Shown here one piece after another: positions 9,169 to 18,587 of a stretch of 64,000 bases of DNA. The DNA comes from an uncultured Thermoplasmatales archaeon (GTDB lineage: Archaea > Thermoplasmatota > E2 > DHVEG-1). The first letter of the stretch is position 1. Each line of letters opens with the position of its first letter. The position numbers and the translations under genes were made by a program. The DNA lies in assembly GCA_964410735.1 (NCBI GenBank), contig CAYPIF010000104.1, positions 2,893 through 66,892 of the forward strand, read 5' to 3'. The notes under the pieces are model-generated. The model was not told where the DNA came from. It did not search any database and saw nothing but the letters and a program-made list of their open reading frames with translations.

Positions 9169-10434
9169 TTACTGGTTCATTTGTGTTTGGAAAAAGCTTG
9201 ATATGGAATAAAGTTCGACCGTTGGACAGTATTCATCAATGTAAACCGCTGCATCATGTGTATCAAAATATTGCTGAGTTTGATTCTCAGGAGATGGTGG
9301 TCTAGTGATGGATGGTATTTGTTTGATGTTACCTGAGAAAGAGGCGTTGGCTAGCATCTGTCGATAGATGAGTATTGGTTTGTAACAGATACCCCATTGT
9401 AACACATTATATCCTTGTGATTCAAGATGGTTTTTAAGGAAATTCGGGGCGATGAGAACGGTCACCGTCCCATCATCAGCTACCGTTGTTTCTTCATCAC
9501 AGATCGAATCTGGTGTTGAGGTCATCCCAAGACCGCCCACAGAGAGGGACCAGTATCGTACGTCAACATCCCCTATGAAAACCTCGCCATGAAAGGTATG
9601 TTCATAGCGTGGTGGTGTAAGGGTGATGACCGCTATCTTATCATGGTAGTTTTGGGTCAAGCTTGCAACGATGTATTCATTATCTGAGCTGGGGTAGAGT
9701 CCACTATCATTTATACGATAGAAACGGATTGAATCCTTCGAAAATTCTTTAGTGACATCCCAGGTGCTAACAAGATCCGGGTTGAACATGAGCTTTTGTA
9801 TCTTAGCAGCAAGACTTACAGGGGTCAATGAAGACTCGGGGAGAACTCCTGATGATAGATCCTGTTTATATGCCTCGATCGTCGGTAGCGGCACATTTCC
9901 TTTCAGGTCCGCACCTTGGTCCGGTCGATAGAGCCGGTAGAACAACCCGATCGTCTGCATCTCCTGTGGGAGGTACAATATGTTCTCGGCTCCTTTTGGA
10001 GGGGCTATACCTTCTTTGATGAGCCATATTGTATAGTTCCGTTTCTCAACAGATCGAGATGTATCTAAAAAGAAGGGATTATCATGATGCAGGTCTGGTT
10101 GGATCTTATTATCTGTCAGTGCAGCGATATCTGTTGACGTCTCTTCGTCATAAAGGGTGAAACTGAAATATCTCGCATAGGGGTATTGTCCAGTTATCTT
10201 GAGAGAGTCATAGTCGCCGGTGTGTTGTTTGAAGGTAAAGATATCGTATCGTGAATGTTCATCAGGAAAGGATGGTGTGAATCGGAAGGACCCAGGAAAC
10301 GAGGTCCAAAGGGTTTCATCAGTATCACTAGTTTTCATTGAAAGAGCGTTAGTTGAGATACTGAGAAGTACTATCAATGTAAAAATGAGAGCAAGGGAGC
10401 GGAAACGTTGTTGACTTTGAGCATTCATGGGCAT
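9169..10434 (-). CDS. secreted hypothetical protein (421 aa)
   Basis: N-terminal signal-like LALIFTLIVLLSISTNALS. No firm family. The RYFSFTLYD and RYWSLSVGG motifs only vaguely recall DUF1214-like proteins. Confidence 0.55.
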   Translation of the reverse strand: MPMNAQSQQRFRSLALIFTLIVLLSISTNALSMKTSDTDETLWTSFPGSFRFTPSFPDEHSRYDIFTFKQHTGDYDSLKITGQYPYARYFSFTLYDEETSTDIAALTDNKIQPDLHHDNPFFLDTSRSVEKRNYTIWLIKEGIAPPKGAENILYLPQEMQTIGLFYRLYRPDQGADLKGNVPLPTIEAYKQDLSSGVLPESSLTPVSLAAKIQKLMFNPDLVSTWDVTKEFSKDSIRFYRINDSGLYPSSDNEYIVASLTQNYHDKIAVITLTPPRYEHTFHGEVFIGDVDVRYWSLSVGGLGMTSTPDSICDEETTVADDGTVTVLIAPNFLKNHLESQGYNVLQWGICYKPILIYRQMLANASFSGNIKQIPSITRPPSPENQTQQYFDTHDAAVYIDEYCPTVELYSISSFFQTQMNQ

Positions 10435-10533
10435 ATCGACCTAGCATAGAACCAATGATAATAAAGCATTGATTAATATAAATATTTCTTTGATAAAAAT
10501 TAAGGAAATTTGCAGATTAATGCTGCCTTGGAT

Positions 10534-10692
10534 TTAATTTCCTTTAAATGATACAATTATCAGCATGATGAGAAAAATTACCAGTATTATCGCACCAATT
10601 ATCGTGATAACAGAACCAGATAGCTCGCTACCAAGAAGTAATCCAAGTCCAAGACCACCAAGTATCCCCAGAATTATTCCTATCTTATCCAT
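10534..10692 (-). CDS. micro-ORF: 52-aa Gly/Leu-rich two-TM peptide
   Basis: Hand translation gives MDKIGIILGILGGLGLGLLLGSELSGSVITIIGAIILVIFLIMLIIVSFKGN. Its ATG overlaps the stop of the upstream zinc-ribbon ORF (ATGGATAA). Below the ORF-track cutoff. Confidence 0.35.
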   Translation of the reverse strand: MDKIGIILGILGGLGLGLLLGSELSGSVITIIGAIILVIFLIMLIIVSFKGN

Positions 10693-10837
10693 ATTTACCC
10701 CTGCTAAATCCTATGACCATATCGCAATGCGGACAGCTGTACATGATCTCTTGTTTGAAGAATCCATTACCCTTGGTCTTCTCTCTTTTCACATCTGTCA
10801 GATGTATCTCTAGTTTACAATGAGGACATCTGGCCAT
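10685..10837 (-). CDS. micro-ORF: 50-aa zinc-ribbon protein
   Basis: Hand translation gives MARCPHCKLEIHLTDVKREKTKGNGFFKQEIMYSCPHCDMVIGFSRGKYG (CPHC...CPHC). Confidence 0.45.
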   Translation of the reverse strand: MARCPHCKLEIHLTDVKREKTKGNGFFKQEIMYSCPHCDMVIGFSRGKYG

Positions 10838-11238
10838 ATTCATTCACCTAGATTCCATTTATCCTTGTTCACCAGACTTGCGACAAGGAACGCTGCACCC
10901 ATTCCTGCAATTCCGATGAAACCAGGGTTATCCACTGCTATGCTCATTGTTATTCCCATCGGTAGGAATACTATCCCTAGGATGAAAAATGTCCGGTAAT
11001 TCTTTTCATCTCACATTCCGTTTTCGCTTGAACAGGAATAAAACTATGGCAAGTACCAAAGTCAAGACAAGACCTATCACAATCACTATCGGCATCAGGT
11101 CCATATGAGATAATATTTGGATTTGATATAATCAAATATTATTCATGATTTATTGAACAAATTAACATTATAGGGAAATGATATGTAAAAAATGTCAAAA
11201 TACGATGGGATAGATATCTTTCAAATAAGCATGCTATA

Positions 11239-11763
11239 TCATTTCATCTTATAGACACTATACTCCATATAGACACCAGGATTTGATGAAGGGTTCTCAA
11301 AATAGATGGTCCAGTTCCCCCGTTTACCTTCACGATTTATCTGGACCAAACAATCCCCATTACACGGTGAATGGGCAAAATCAAATGCACTATACCGGAA
11401 GTCTATCTCCGGAGTAGTAACATAGAGATAGATCCGCTGTTTCTCATCGGTTGTGAGGGACCGACCATCCTCTGTTCTATCCTCAACATGCCAACAGATC
11501 TTCAGATATTCACAACTGCAATTCACATTGAAACAGGTACAAAGCGGAGACTCATACGTCTCTCCAGACCCAAAGAGGAATCGATCAGCTGAATCCACGC
11601 AACATCGCTTATACAACGTGCGGTCATACGGGAAATCATCAACATCATCACAGTAACCATCATTATCAGAGTCCAAACGATCATCTGATATCACTAACGT
11701 AATTGCATAAAGAGCTAAAATGAACAGTATGATCACTACTGCAATTCCAACCTTTTTGCTCAT
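11239..11763 (-). CDS. membrane-anchored Cys-rich protein with one DxDxDG-type acidic repeat
   Basis: N-terminal TM (VGIAVVIILFILALYAITLV), then DSDNDGYCDDVDDFPYD, and multiple Cys residues. Confidence 0.55.
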   Translation of the reverse strand: MSKKVGIAVVIILFILALYAITLVISDDRLDSDNDGYCDDVDDFPYDRTLYKRCCVDSADRFLFGSGETYESPLCTCFNVNCSCEYLKICWHVEDRTEDGRSLTTDEKQRIYLYVTTPEIDFRYSAFDFAHSPCNGDCLVQINREGKRGNWTIYFENPSSNPGVYMEYSVYKMK

Positions 11764-11997
11764 AGATACTATTACCCGCCCATGCTGCCTCTTTATAAAA
11801 CAACACTTATCTAATATACTATATATGCCAAACTATTAAAATGTTTTTATGAAATTATAATTGAAACATTAGTAATTATTTTTAGCAATATTAATAAAAA
11901 TAATCAACATTAATATCTTAACAGATTTGTTTCTCATAACGGTTCTCTAAAAATAATATCAATAATAAAAAATCGTTGAATACACAACACAAGAACA

Positions 11998-12144
11998 AAT
12001 ACTTTCAATGAACCAGATCATCATTTAATAAGGATGATCGACCGATACTATGCCAATAAGACGACTCATCTGGGGGAATTGCCAGCACTGGGTGCAATCC
12101 CATCCACCATCCCTTCCTTCCGCTGGCTCTTCTGCCATGTTTTA
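11998..12144 (+). ncRNA. copy 1 of a 147-nt repeated intergenic module (candidate small RNA; strand uncertain)
   Basis: Aligns by hand with 21182-21328 (75/99 identical in the 5' part). Conserved blocks: AATACTTTCAAT, the AT-rich octamer TTTAATAA (12024-12031), GGGGGAAnTGCCAGC, a GGGTGCA(A)TCCC hairpin, the GCCAGC (12081-12086) / GCTGGC (12122-12127) stem, a CU-rich loop, and a terminal T-run. Confidence 0.45.
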
Positions 12145-12182
12145 TACTAACAACTCATATGATGAAATCAGTATTATCAATT

Positions 12183-13670
12183 TTATCCAGATATAACGCT
12201 ACCAACGGTTCGTCGTATTGCAGAGAAATCAGTATCATTGGCAGTATATTTAGCAAATTCCACGAGACTACAAAGATCAAAACATTGTTTTATTTCTGAA
12301 TAGGGATATTGTTTGGTTTTGAGAAAACGAACAACCTCGTCATTGGTCAGTTCTCTTTTTAGACCGTATTCATAGCTTAGATACAATCGTAATGCTTGTC
12401 CTGCTTTCCCATAAGCAGCCTTATAGAGTTTTTGCTTGTAAAGGTCCTCAGCCTCCAAAAGTAATCGACGTGCCTCACCCTTATAATCAAATGGTTTTTT
12501 AACAAGTGTTTGTGACAGCGGTTCTGCGGATGCTTTTTTTCTCTGATATCGAAGGTAGATATACAGGAACAGAAGAATGATACCAATAAGGAATGGTATG
12601 CTCCAAAAAAGCGGATCAATGTTCTCCTGTTTTGACAGTTGAACATCTTTAAGTTCTTTATCTTCAAATGTTGCAGTGATCGTCGCGGTCTCATTCTCCG
12701 TATTCTCATAGGTTAGTTCCATTGTTGTGGTGTTACCCTGTTGTTCATAGTTCACCGATGTTTGATTATACCCCTCATTTTGCAGTTCCTCAAGATATTT
12801 CTGGAATGTTTCGCTCTGATTGAGGGCATCCATCATCTCTTTTCTATCTTCCGCGGTCTGTTTTTGTACATCCTTAAGTTCACCATCCTCCATAGAACCT
12901 TGAAGCGTTGCGGTCTCACCCTGCTGATTCTCATAGGTGAGATTAAAACTACCGGTATCATTGCTCATTGAATCCAATTGTTTATCGGATAGATTGTATC
13001 CTTGTTCCTTTAGTTCCCGGCTGTAATTCTGAAAATCTTGATTGTTAAGTAGATTCTGTTCAAATTCCTGTCGCTGCTGCTGTTCCTCCTGAAGTTGCTG
13101 TTCGATCTGGTCCTTTAATGCAGAGCTATCCTGGTTCATTTGATTGTTCTGAAGTTTTTCCTGAGGGGTCTGCGGTTGCTGTTGCTGGCTTGGATCCGGT
13201 TGTGCATCCGTTATCTTCTCCGATGAACTTTGCTGTGGGTTCTGTTCATTGTTCATCTGTGACTGGTTACTGACAAAATAGATGTTTATACCATCTAGAG
13301 ATACCTCACGGGTATCAGAATCCTTTGTGTATGAAAATGTGAGAGATACCCGTAACGTCAGTGGGGTATTCGATGTGCCGAAATTCAAGCCAATCGTTTG
13401 ATTCCCTGTTGGGATGCTGTATGTTTGGGATTGTGAATTCGTCGATGAATGCGTGTACCCATTTTGATTGACCTCTTGCGTGATACTATACTGCATCATC
13501 CCATTGATATCATCCCCATATGTATTGTTCATCGTTAAGGGAACGACCGCATCTTGACCGGTTAAGAAATAATAGTCTTTTTGATCCGTCTGAAATGTGA
13601 TATCATCTGCAACAACAGTGGGTATAACAAAGATAACAAATAATATGATGAGAACAAGATATCTTCTCAT
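12183..13670 (-). CDS. secreted/membrane Gln-rich protein with internal duplication and DUF4129-like cytoplasmic tail
   Basis: Signal peptide MRRYLVLIILFVIFVIPTVVA and a Q-rich linker. Two homologous modules: FQNYSRELKEQGYN...LTYENQQGETATLQGSMEDGELKDVQ and FQKYLEELQNEGYN...LTYENTENETATITATFEDKELKDVQ. One TM helix follows, then a C-terminal helical domain. ATGA overlap with the VWA gene. Confidence 0.65.
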   Translation of the reverse strand: MRRYLVLIILFVIFVIPTVVADDITFQTDQKDYYFLTGQDAVVPLTMNNTYGDDINGMMQYSITQEVNQNGYTHSSTNSQSQTYSIPTGNQTIGLNFGTSNTPLTLRVSLTFSYTKDSDTREVSLDGINIYFVSNQSQMNNEQNPQQSSSEKITDAQPDPSQQQQPQTPQEKLQNNQMNQDSSALKDQIEQQLQEEQQQRQEFEQNLLNNQDFQNYSRELKEQGYNLSDKQLDSMSNDTGSFNLTYENQQGETATLQGSMEDGELKDVQKQTAEDRKEMMDALNQSETFQKYLEELQNEGYNQTSVNYEQQGNTTTMELTYENTENETATITATFEDKELKDVQLSKQENIDPLFWSIPFLIGIILLFLYIYLRYQRKKASAEPLSQTLVKKPFDYKGEARRLLLEAEDLYKQKLYKAAYGKAGQALRLYLSYEYGLKRELTNDEVVRFLKTKQYPYSEIKQCFDLCSLVEFAKYTANDTDFSAIRRTVGSVISG

Positions 13671-14617
13671 TGGATGATCCGCCCCTTACCATACCGGAGA
13701 TAGAATTCTGCAAGAAGGATACCGATTGCTGAGACAAAGAACCAATCTTTGATATTGGTCTCCTCTTGTTCTCGTTGGATGTTATCGGCGATATTCCCAT
13801 AGATGGTGTCAAGGGTCTGTTGGTCAACGGATTTAAAATAAGCACCACCAGTTTCACTGGCTATGGATCTCAATGTTGCTTCATCAAGCTCCGCATACAC
13901 CGGGTTACCCATCCAATCGTGACCTAGGACAACCTTTCCTTCTGACCCCATTCCGATAGTATAGACCTGGATATTGTTAAGCTTCGCAAATTCCACTGCC
14001 TCGGAAGGACTTATCACCCCTGCATTGTTCACCCCATCGCTAAGGAGTATCACAACCTTTTTCTTATTGGGAATAGATGATGCCATATCGATACCAAGCG
14101 CGAGACCATCCCCTATTGCAGTGCTGCCATCCTTTGCAGTGATACTTCTTAGTTTCTCAATGACATTCTCTTTGAAGGGACTGAGATATGCTGCTGTTGT
14201 CGCACCCTCCGCAAAAGTAACGATACCTGCGTAATCCTTTGATTTCAGTGATTCAAGAAGAATCTCCGCTGATTCCTTTGCAGCCTCTATCCGGGATGGT
14301 TGATAATCTGTTGCCTGCATGCTACCGGAGATATCGATGGCAAGGATCACGTTGACACCCTCCTTTTCTTGTTCAAGAGGGATGTGTGGGTTTGCAAGAC
14401 CAATGATCATCATAGATAACGCAAGAAGAGAAAGAGAAAAGAGTATCTCCCCACGTTTCGCCTTTTTCTTATCTCCTAGAGCACTTTTTATGAAACCGAT
14501 GTGGGAGAAGGTCATGGCTGCTTTCTTTCGTTTTGTGGTGATATGTCGATAGATCAGATAGATGATCGGGATAATGGAGAGAAAGATGAGTATGAGAGGA
14601 TCGTCGAAACCTGCCAT
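13667..14617 (-). CDS. VWA domain membrane protein (BatA-like)
   Basis: N-terminal TMs, MIDAS context VILAIDISGSMQATDYQPSRIEAAKE, and a C-terminal TM. Confidence 0.85.
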   Translation of the reverse strand: MAGFDDPLILIFLSIIPIIYLIYRHITTKRKKAAMTFSHIGFIKSALGDKKKAKRGEILFSLSLLALSMMIIGLANPHIPLEQEKEGVNVILAIDISGSMQATDYQPSRIEAAKESAEILLESLKSKDYAGIVTFAEGATTAAYLSPFKENVIEKLRSITAKDGSTAIGDGLALGIDMASSIPNKKKVVILLSDGVNNAGVISPSEAVEFAKLNNIQVYTIGMGSEGKVVLGHDWMGNPVYAELDEATLRSIASETGGAYFKSVDQQTLDTIYGNIADNIQREQEETNIKDWFFVSAIGILLAEFYLRYGKGRIIQ

Positions 14618-15498
14618 TAACGCATCACCCGTTGTAAACGAAGTTTAAAGAATTTCTTCAAGGGTATCTCAAATGCTTCATCAGTGAGGATGTTGACAAC
14701 ATCGATCTTGATCTTTCTTAATGAATGAAAAAGGGTTTCCTCATGCTGTTGTAGCTGTTCTCTGTATCGTTGTCTGAATTCCTCATCGGATGTGTCCACA
14801 AGAATTTGTTCCCCGGTCTCCTCATCCTCTAGTTCAATGAGACCGATATCCGGTATCTCTTGTTCTCGTTGATCGATTACCCGTAAAGCGATCACATCAT
14901 GCTTGTTCTTCAATATCTTTAATGGATGAAAGAAATCCTCATCGAAGAAATCAGAGATGACAAAGATAATGCTCCTTTTTTTAATGACCTTTGATATATA
15001 TTCAAGTGATGAAGCAAGGTTGGTCTTTGTTGACTGTGGTTGGAAACGAACAATGGTACTGATGGTCTTTAACATATGTTTCCGTCCTTTTCGAGCGGGG
15101 ATGAATTTCTCTATACCCTCTGTGAAAAGGAACACCCCAACATTGTCATTGTTCCGTGATGCAGCAAAGATAAGGCTTGCAACGATCTCCAGTGCCTTTC
15201 TTCTCTTAGAGATGTTGTTACCAAAACTACTGGACCCAGACATATCAAGGGCAAAATACACATGAAGGTCCCGTTCCTCAATGAATTCCTTGACATAAGG
15301 TTCATTGAACCGAGCAGTGATCTTCCAATCGATGGCACGGATATCATCACCTACTTGATACTCCCGGCTTTCTGAGAATTCGATACCCTGCCCTTTGAAG
15401 ATGGAATGATAGTTACCAGTGATAAGACCTTCGACCAATTGTTTGGTCGTTATTTCTAGTTTCTTGACCTTTTGAAGGATCTCTCTTGTTTGTTCCAT
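14617..15498 (-). CDS. DUF58 domain protein
   Basis: REYQVGDDIRAIDWKITAR motif. Sits between MoxR and VWA as in MoxR/Bat operons. TAATG overlap with the VWA start. Confidence 0.85.
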   Translation of the reverse strand: MEQTREILQKVKKLEITTKQLVEGLITGNYHSIFKGQGIEFSESREYQVGDDIRAIDWKITARFNEPYVKEFIEERDLHVYFALDMSGSSSFGNNISKRRKALEIVASLIFAASRNNDNVGVFLFTEGIEKFIPARKGRKHMLKTISTIVRFQPQSTKTNLASSLEYISKVIKKRSIIFVISDFFDEDFFHPLKILKNKHDVIALRVIDQREQEIPDIGLIELEDEETGEQILVDTSDEEFRQRYREQLQQHEETLFHSLRKIKIDVVNILTDEAFEIPLKKFFKLRLQRVMR

Positions 15499-15547
15499 GG
15501 TTTTTCACCTGTTTGACAAGAGTGGTTGTCAATAGAAAGATAGCTCT

Positions 15548-16534
15548 CTATGGGACCTTGACCGTATCAAGGATCTGTTTGATTATTTGATCACTTGTGA
15601 TGTCCTCAGCCTCTGCTTCATATGTCAAAAGGATCCGATGCCTCAATGTCTCATTGGCGATCGCCTTGATATCCTCAGGTATCACATAGCCTCTTCCATT
15701 GACCATCGCATGTGCTTTCCCTGCAAGTATCAACCAGAGGGATGCACGGGGTGACGCCCCATATTCAATATACCCATCAATATCCATACCATAGGCGCCT
15801 GGGTTCCTTGTCGCATCAACAAGTTCAGAGACATAATCCTTTATCTTTTCATCTGCATATATCTTTTGGTTGAAATCCTGTATCTCCAAGATCTTTTTTA
15901 TACTCATGATCTTTGAGACCGTTGGTGTTATCCCCTCAGTAAATCGATTGATGATCTCTATTTCCTCATGTTTTTGAGGATGATCAATAAGTACTTTGAA
16001 GACGAAACGGTCCACCTGTGCCTCAGGAAGCTTATAAGTCCCCTCCGATTCGATCGGGTTCTGTGTGGCCATAACAAGGAACGGACGCGGCAAGGTGAAG
16101 GTCTCACCTTGGATACTCACCTGTTTCTCCTGCATTGCTTCAAGTAAAGCAGATTGGACCTTAGGGGGTGCTCTGTTTATCTCATCAGCAAGAACGAAAT
16201 GAGCAAAAATTGGTCCTTTGAGAGTGGTAAAGGACATGTCCTGATGATTGTAGATCTTTGTACCGGTGATATCTGCTGGGAGAAGATCTGGGGTGAACTG
16301 CATACGGACAAAACTACAGTCGATACATTGGGACAGTGTTTGTATCATCAATGTTTTCGCAAGACCTGGAACACCTTCCAAGAGGACATGACCTTGAACG
16401 ATCAAGGAAAGGATGAGTTTTTCGATGATATCTTGTTGACCAACGATTATTTTCTCGATCTCACCCCGCAGGGTTTCCAGTTCTTTTGCGTAGGTTGCTG
16501 CTTTGGCATTGAGTTCTTCAATCTCTTTGTTCAT
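15548..16534 (-). CDS. MoxR-family AAA+ ATPase
   Basis: Walker A LLEGVPGLAKT and Walker B region FVLADEINRAPPKVQSALLEAMQE. Start placed at MNKEIEEL. Confidence 0.9.
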   Translation of the reverse strand: MNKEIEELNAKAATYAKELETLRGEIEKIIVGQQDIIEKLILSLIVQGHVLLEGVPGLAKTLMIQTLSQCIDCSFVRMQFTPDLLPADITGTKIYNHQDMSFTTLKGPIFAHFVLADEINRAPPKVQSALLEAMQEKQVSIQGETFTLPRPFLVMATQNPIESEGTYKLPEAQVDRFVFKVLIDHPQKHEEIEIINRFTEGITPTVSKIMSIKKILEIQDFNQKIYADEKIKDYVSELVDATRNPGAYGMDIDGYIEYGASPRASLWLILAGKAHAMVNGRGYVIPEDIKAIANETLRHRILLTYEAEAEDITSDQIIKQILDTVKVP

Positions 16535-16649
16535 ATGGACGCCTCGCAACTAAAAAAGCGTTGTATTTTTTTGTGGGCAGAATATGAGAAAAGGTCGATA
16601 TATAAATTTTACCCTTCAACAGAAGAAAAAAACAGATTGGTTATCTTTA

Positions 16650-17766
16650 TTAGTGATATGGTTCTGTTGCTGGAGCGGTATCTTTCCCCCAAGTTAGCGT
16701 CCCCTGATAGATACGTTTTGGGACAATGCCGATGAATACTGCTATTTCTGCAGGGATTGGATAGGGCGATGTTGTTCCCCGATAGTTCCTATGAAAAAGG
16801 GTTTTTCGTCCGGATAAGATGTTCCAGCCATCTGAAAGACCGTTCACGGTCAGATACATATACGCTTGTTGTTCATTTTGAAAGATATTGTTATATTGGA
16901 TAATGGTAGATGCTGTTGTTATCTTTCCTGTGAAAAGGGGATCCACAAAGCAACTGATGCCCGTATGCAGGTTCTGCAGGATCATATTGTTTTGTATGAT
17001 GATAGGGCGATACAATGCTGGTGAATAAAGGATGATGCCATTAGTATTCTCAAGTAATTCGTTCTTTTCGATGATGGCTGTTTCTCCAGTTGTGACGAAA
17101 AGCCCAAGCCCTACCTGATTATGCATGAAGATGTCACTACATATGTGATGTTTTTATCCAGTCTACAAGAAAGATGCCGTTTTCATTGTTTTGGATTGTG
17201 TTGTTCGATATGGTTAGATGGCTTGATACTTGTTCTGTTGACATAGTTACATGGATGGAGTAGAATTCGATGTCGTGTATCTTATTTTGATCGATGTGTA
17301 TGTTGGATGAGCCTTTTATCTCGATTCCAATATACTGGTTGTCGATGGCTGTTTCGTAGATATGTATACTATCACGGTTGGCAATATCCATTCCGATATA
17401 TCCTTTTGTGATCGTCATCTGTGTGATGTTGACGTCATTTGAATGGATGGATATGATCACTGTGTTGCCATCACCTGGAAGAAGGGTCGTATCCTTTTCT
17501 TGGCCCGTTAGCGAAAGTGGTTTGTTTATCTCTATAGGTCCAGTGTACAATCCATTTAAAATGATTATATGGTCATATGGTGCTGCGATATCGATGGCAT
17601 CTTGGATATTTTGAAAGAGATGCTGTAAACTACCATCCCAGGGTCCTTCGGTGTTGCCATCATCAACATAATATGTGGTCTTGATGTATTTTGTTGGAAG
17701 AACAGATGGATTTGTTGTTGGAACAATAAGAAGAAGACAGGTGATGATAAAAGTGCTCAGATCATA
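16650..17766 (-). pseudogene. secreted parallel beta-helix (NosD/PbH1-like) protein, frameshifted and lacking an ATG
   Basis: The continuous frame reads LSTFIITCLLLIVPTT...YYVDDGNTEGPWDGSLQHLFQNIQDAIDIAAPYDHIIILNGLYTGPIEINKPLSLTGQ, then beta-helix repeats. It begins directly after a TGA (17767-17769) with no ATG or GTG. The frame changes between about 17137 and 17153, where track ORFs 17137..17550 and 16650..17126 join. Confidence 0.6.
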
Positions 17767-17932
17767 TCACCTATGAGTTATTATCTTGAGAGGTTGTTAA
17801 TAAAGCCTTACTTGTTTATCCTATGTGAAAGTGATAGAAACAAGGCTAACATATGGATGATGGCAAGATCTCTTGTTTAGAGATGCTCATTCCATTCTGA
17901 ATGATTCAACCATTTCGCTTTCTGAAAGTATC

Positions 17933-18487
17933 TTAGGTATTCGCTCGATGTTTTGAACCTTGGACGAAAAAGGTGTAAGAATATGATTGCTGTTTTCTGT
18001 TCATTTCAATGTTCACGGTTTTATGTTTCTTTACACCTGAGGGGGAAAGGAGTTCGTATTTCTCCATTTCTTTGTTCAAGGTGCGGTGAAGTTTCTTTTG
18101 ATAGGAACCAATCCCTCTTCGTTCTAATATTTTATCAATGAAGATGACTGACCATAAGGAGATATAAATCAAGAATCCAATCTCGAATTTTCCTACACCC
18201 ATTACTGCTCATAGGATGGCAAATACCCATATACTTGCAGCTGCGGTGAAACCAAAGATATGATCCGTAGTTTCTATCAATGCACCGGATCCACGAAATC
18301 CAATACCAGTGACGATTGCACTGAACAAGGGAAGGGGAGTATCCGGGTTGAGAAGTATGGCGGTAATGGAAAGACCGCAGGAACCTATTGAGACGAATAT
18401 GAAGGTACCAACGCCTATTGGTTTGTGAGATCGTTATCTTTCAATCCCAAAGATAAATGCTAGGATGAAGACGATAAGGAATCTCAT
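17933..18487 (-). pseudogene. mgtC: MgtC/SapB-family membrane protein with two in-frame stops
   Basis: Hand translation in a single frame gives MRFLIVFILAFIFGIER*RSHKPIGVGTFIFVSIG...SAIVTGIGFRGSGALIE...FGFTAAASIWVFAIL*AVMGVGKFE... The stops are TAA 18434-18436 and TGA 18209-18211. The GxER..K.xG and GIGF.G.G motifs are characteristic of MgtC. Confidence 0.7.
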
Positions 18488-18587
18488 GATTATACTAGTT
18501 AGTTCCACCGTCCCCAAACATCAGATCTAGCACAATTTATTAATAAAACATAGTAAAGAACATCATACTCAACAAGGAAGCTAGGAT

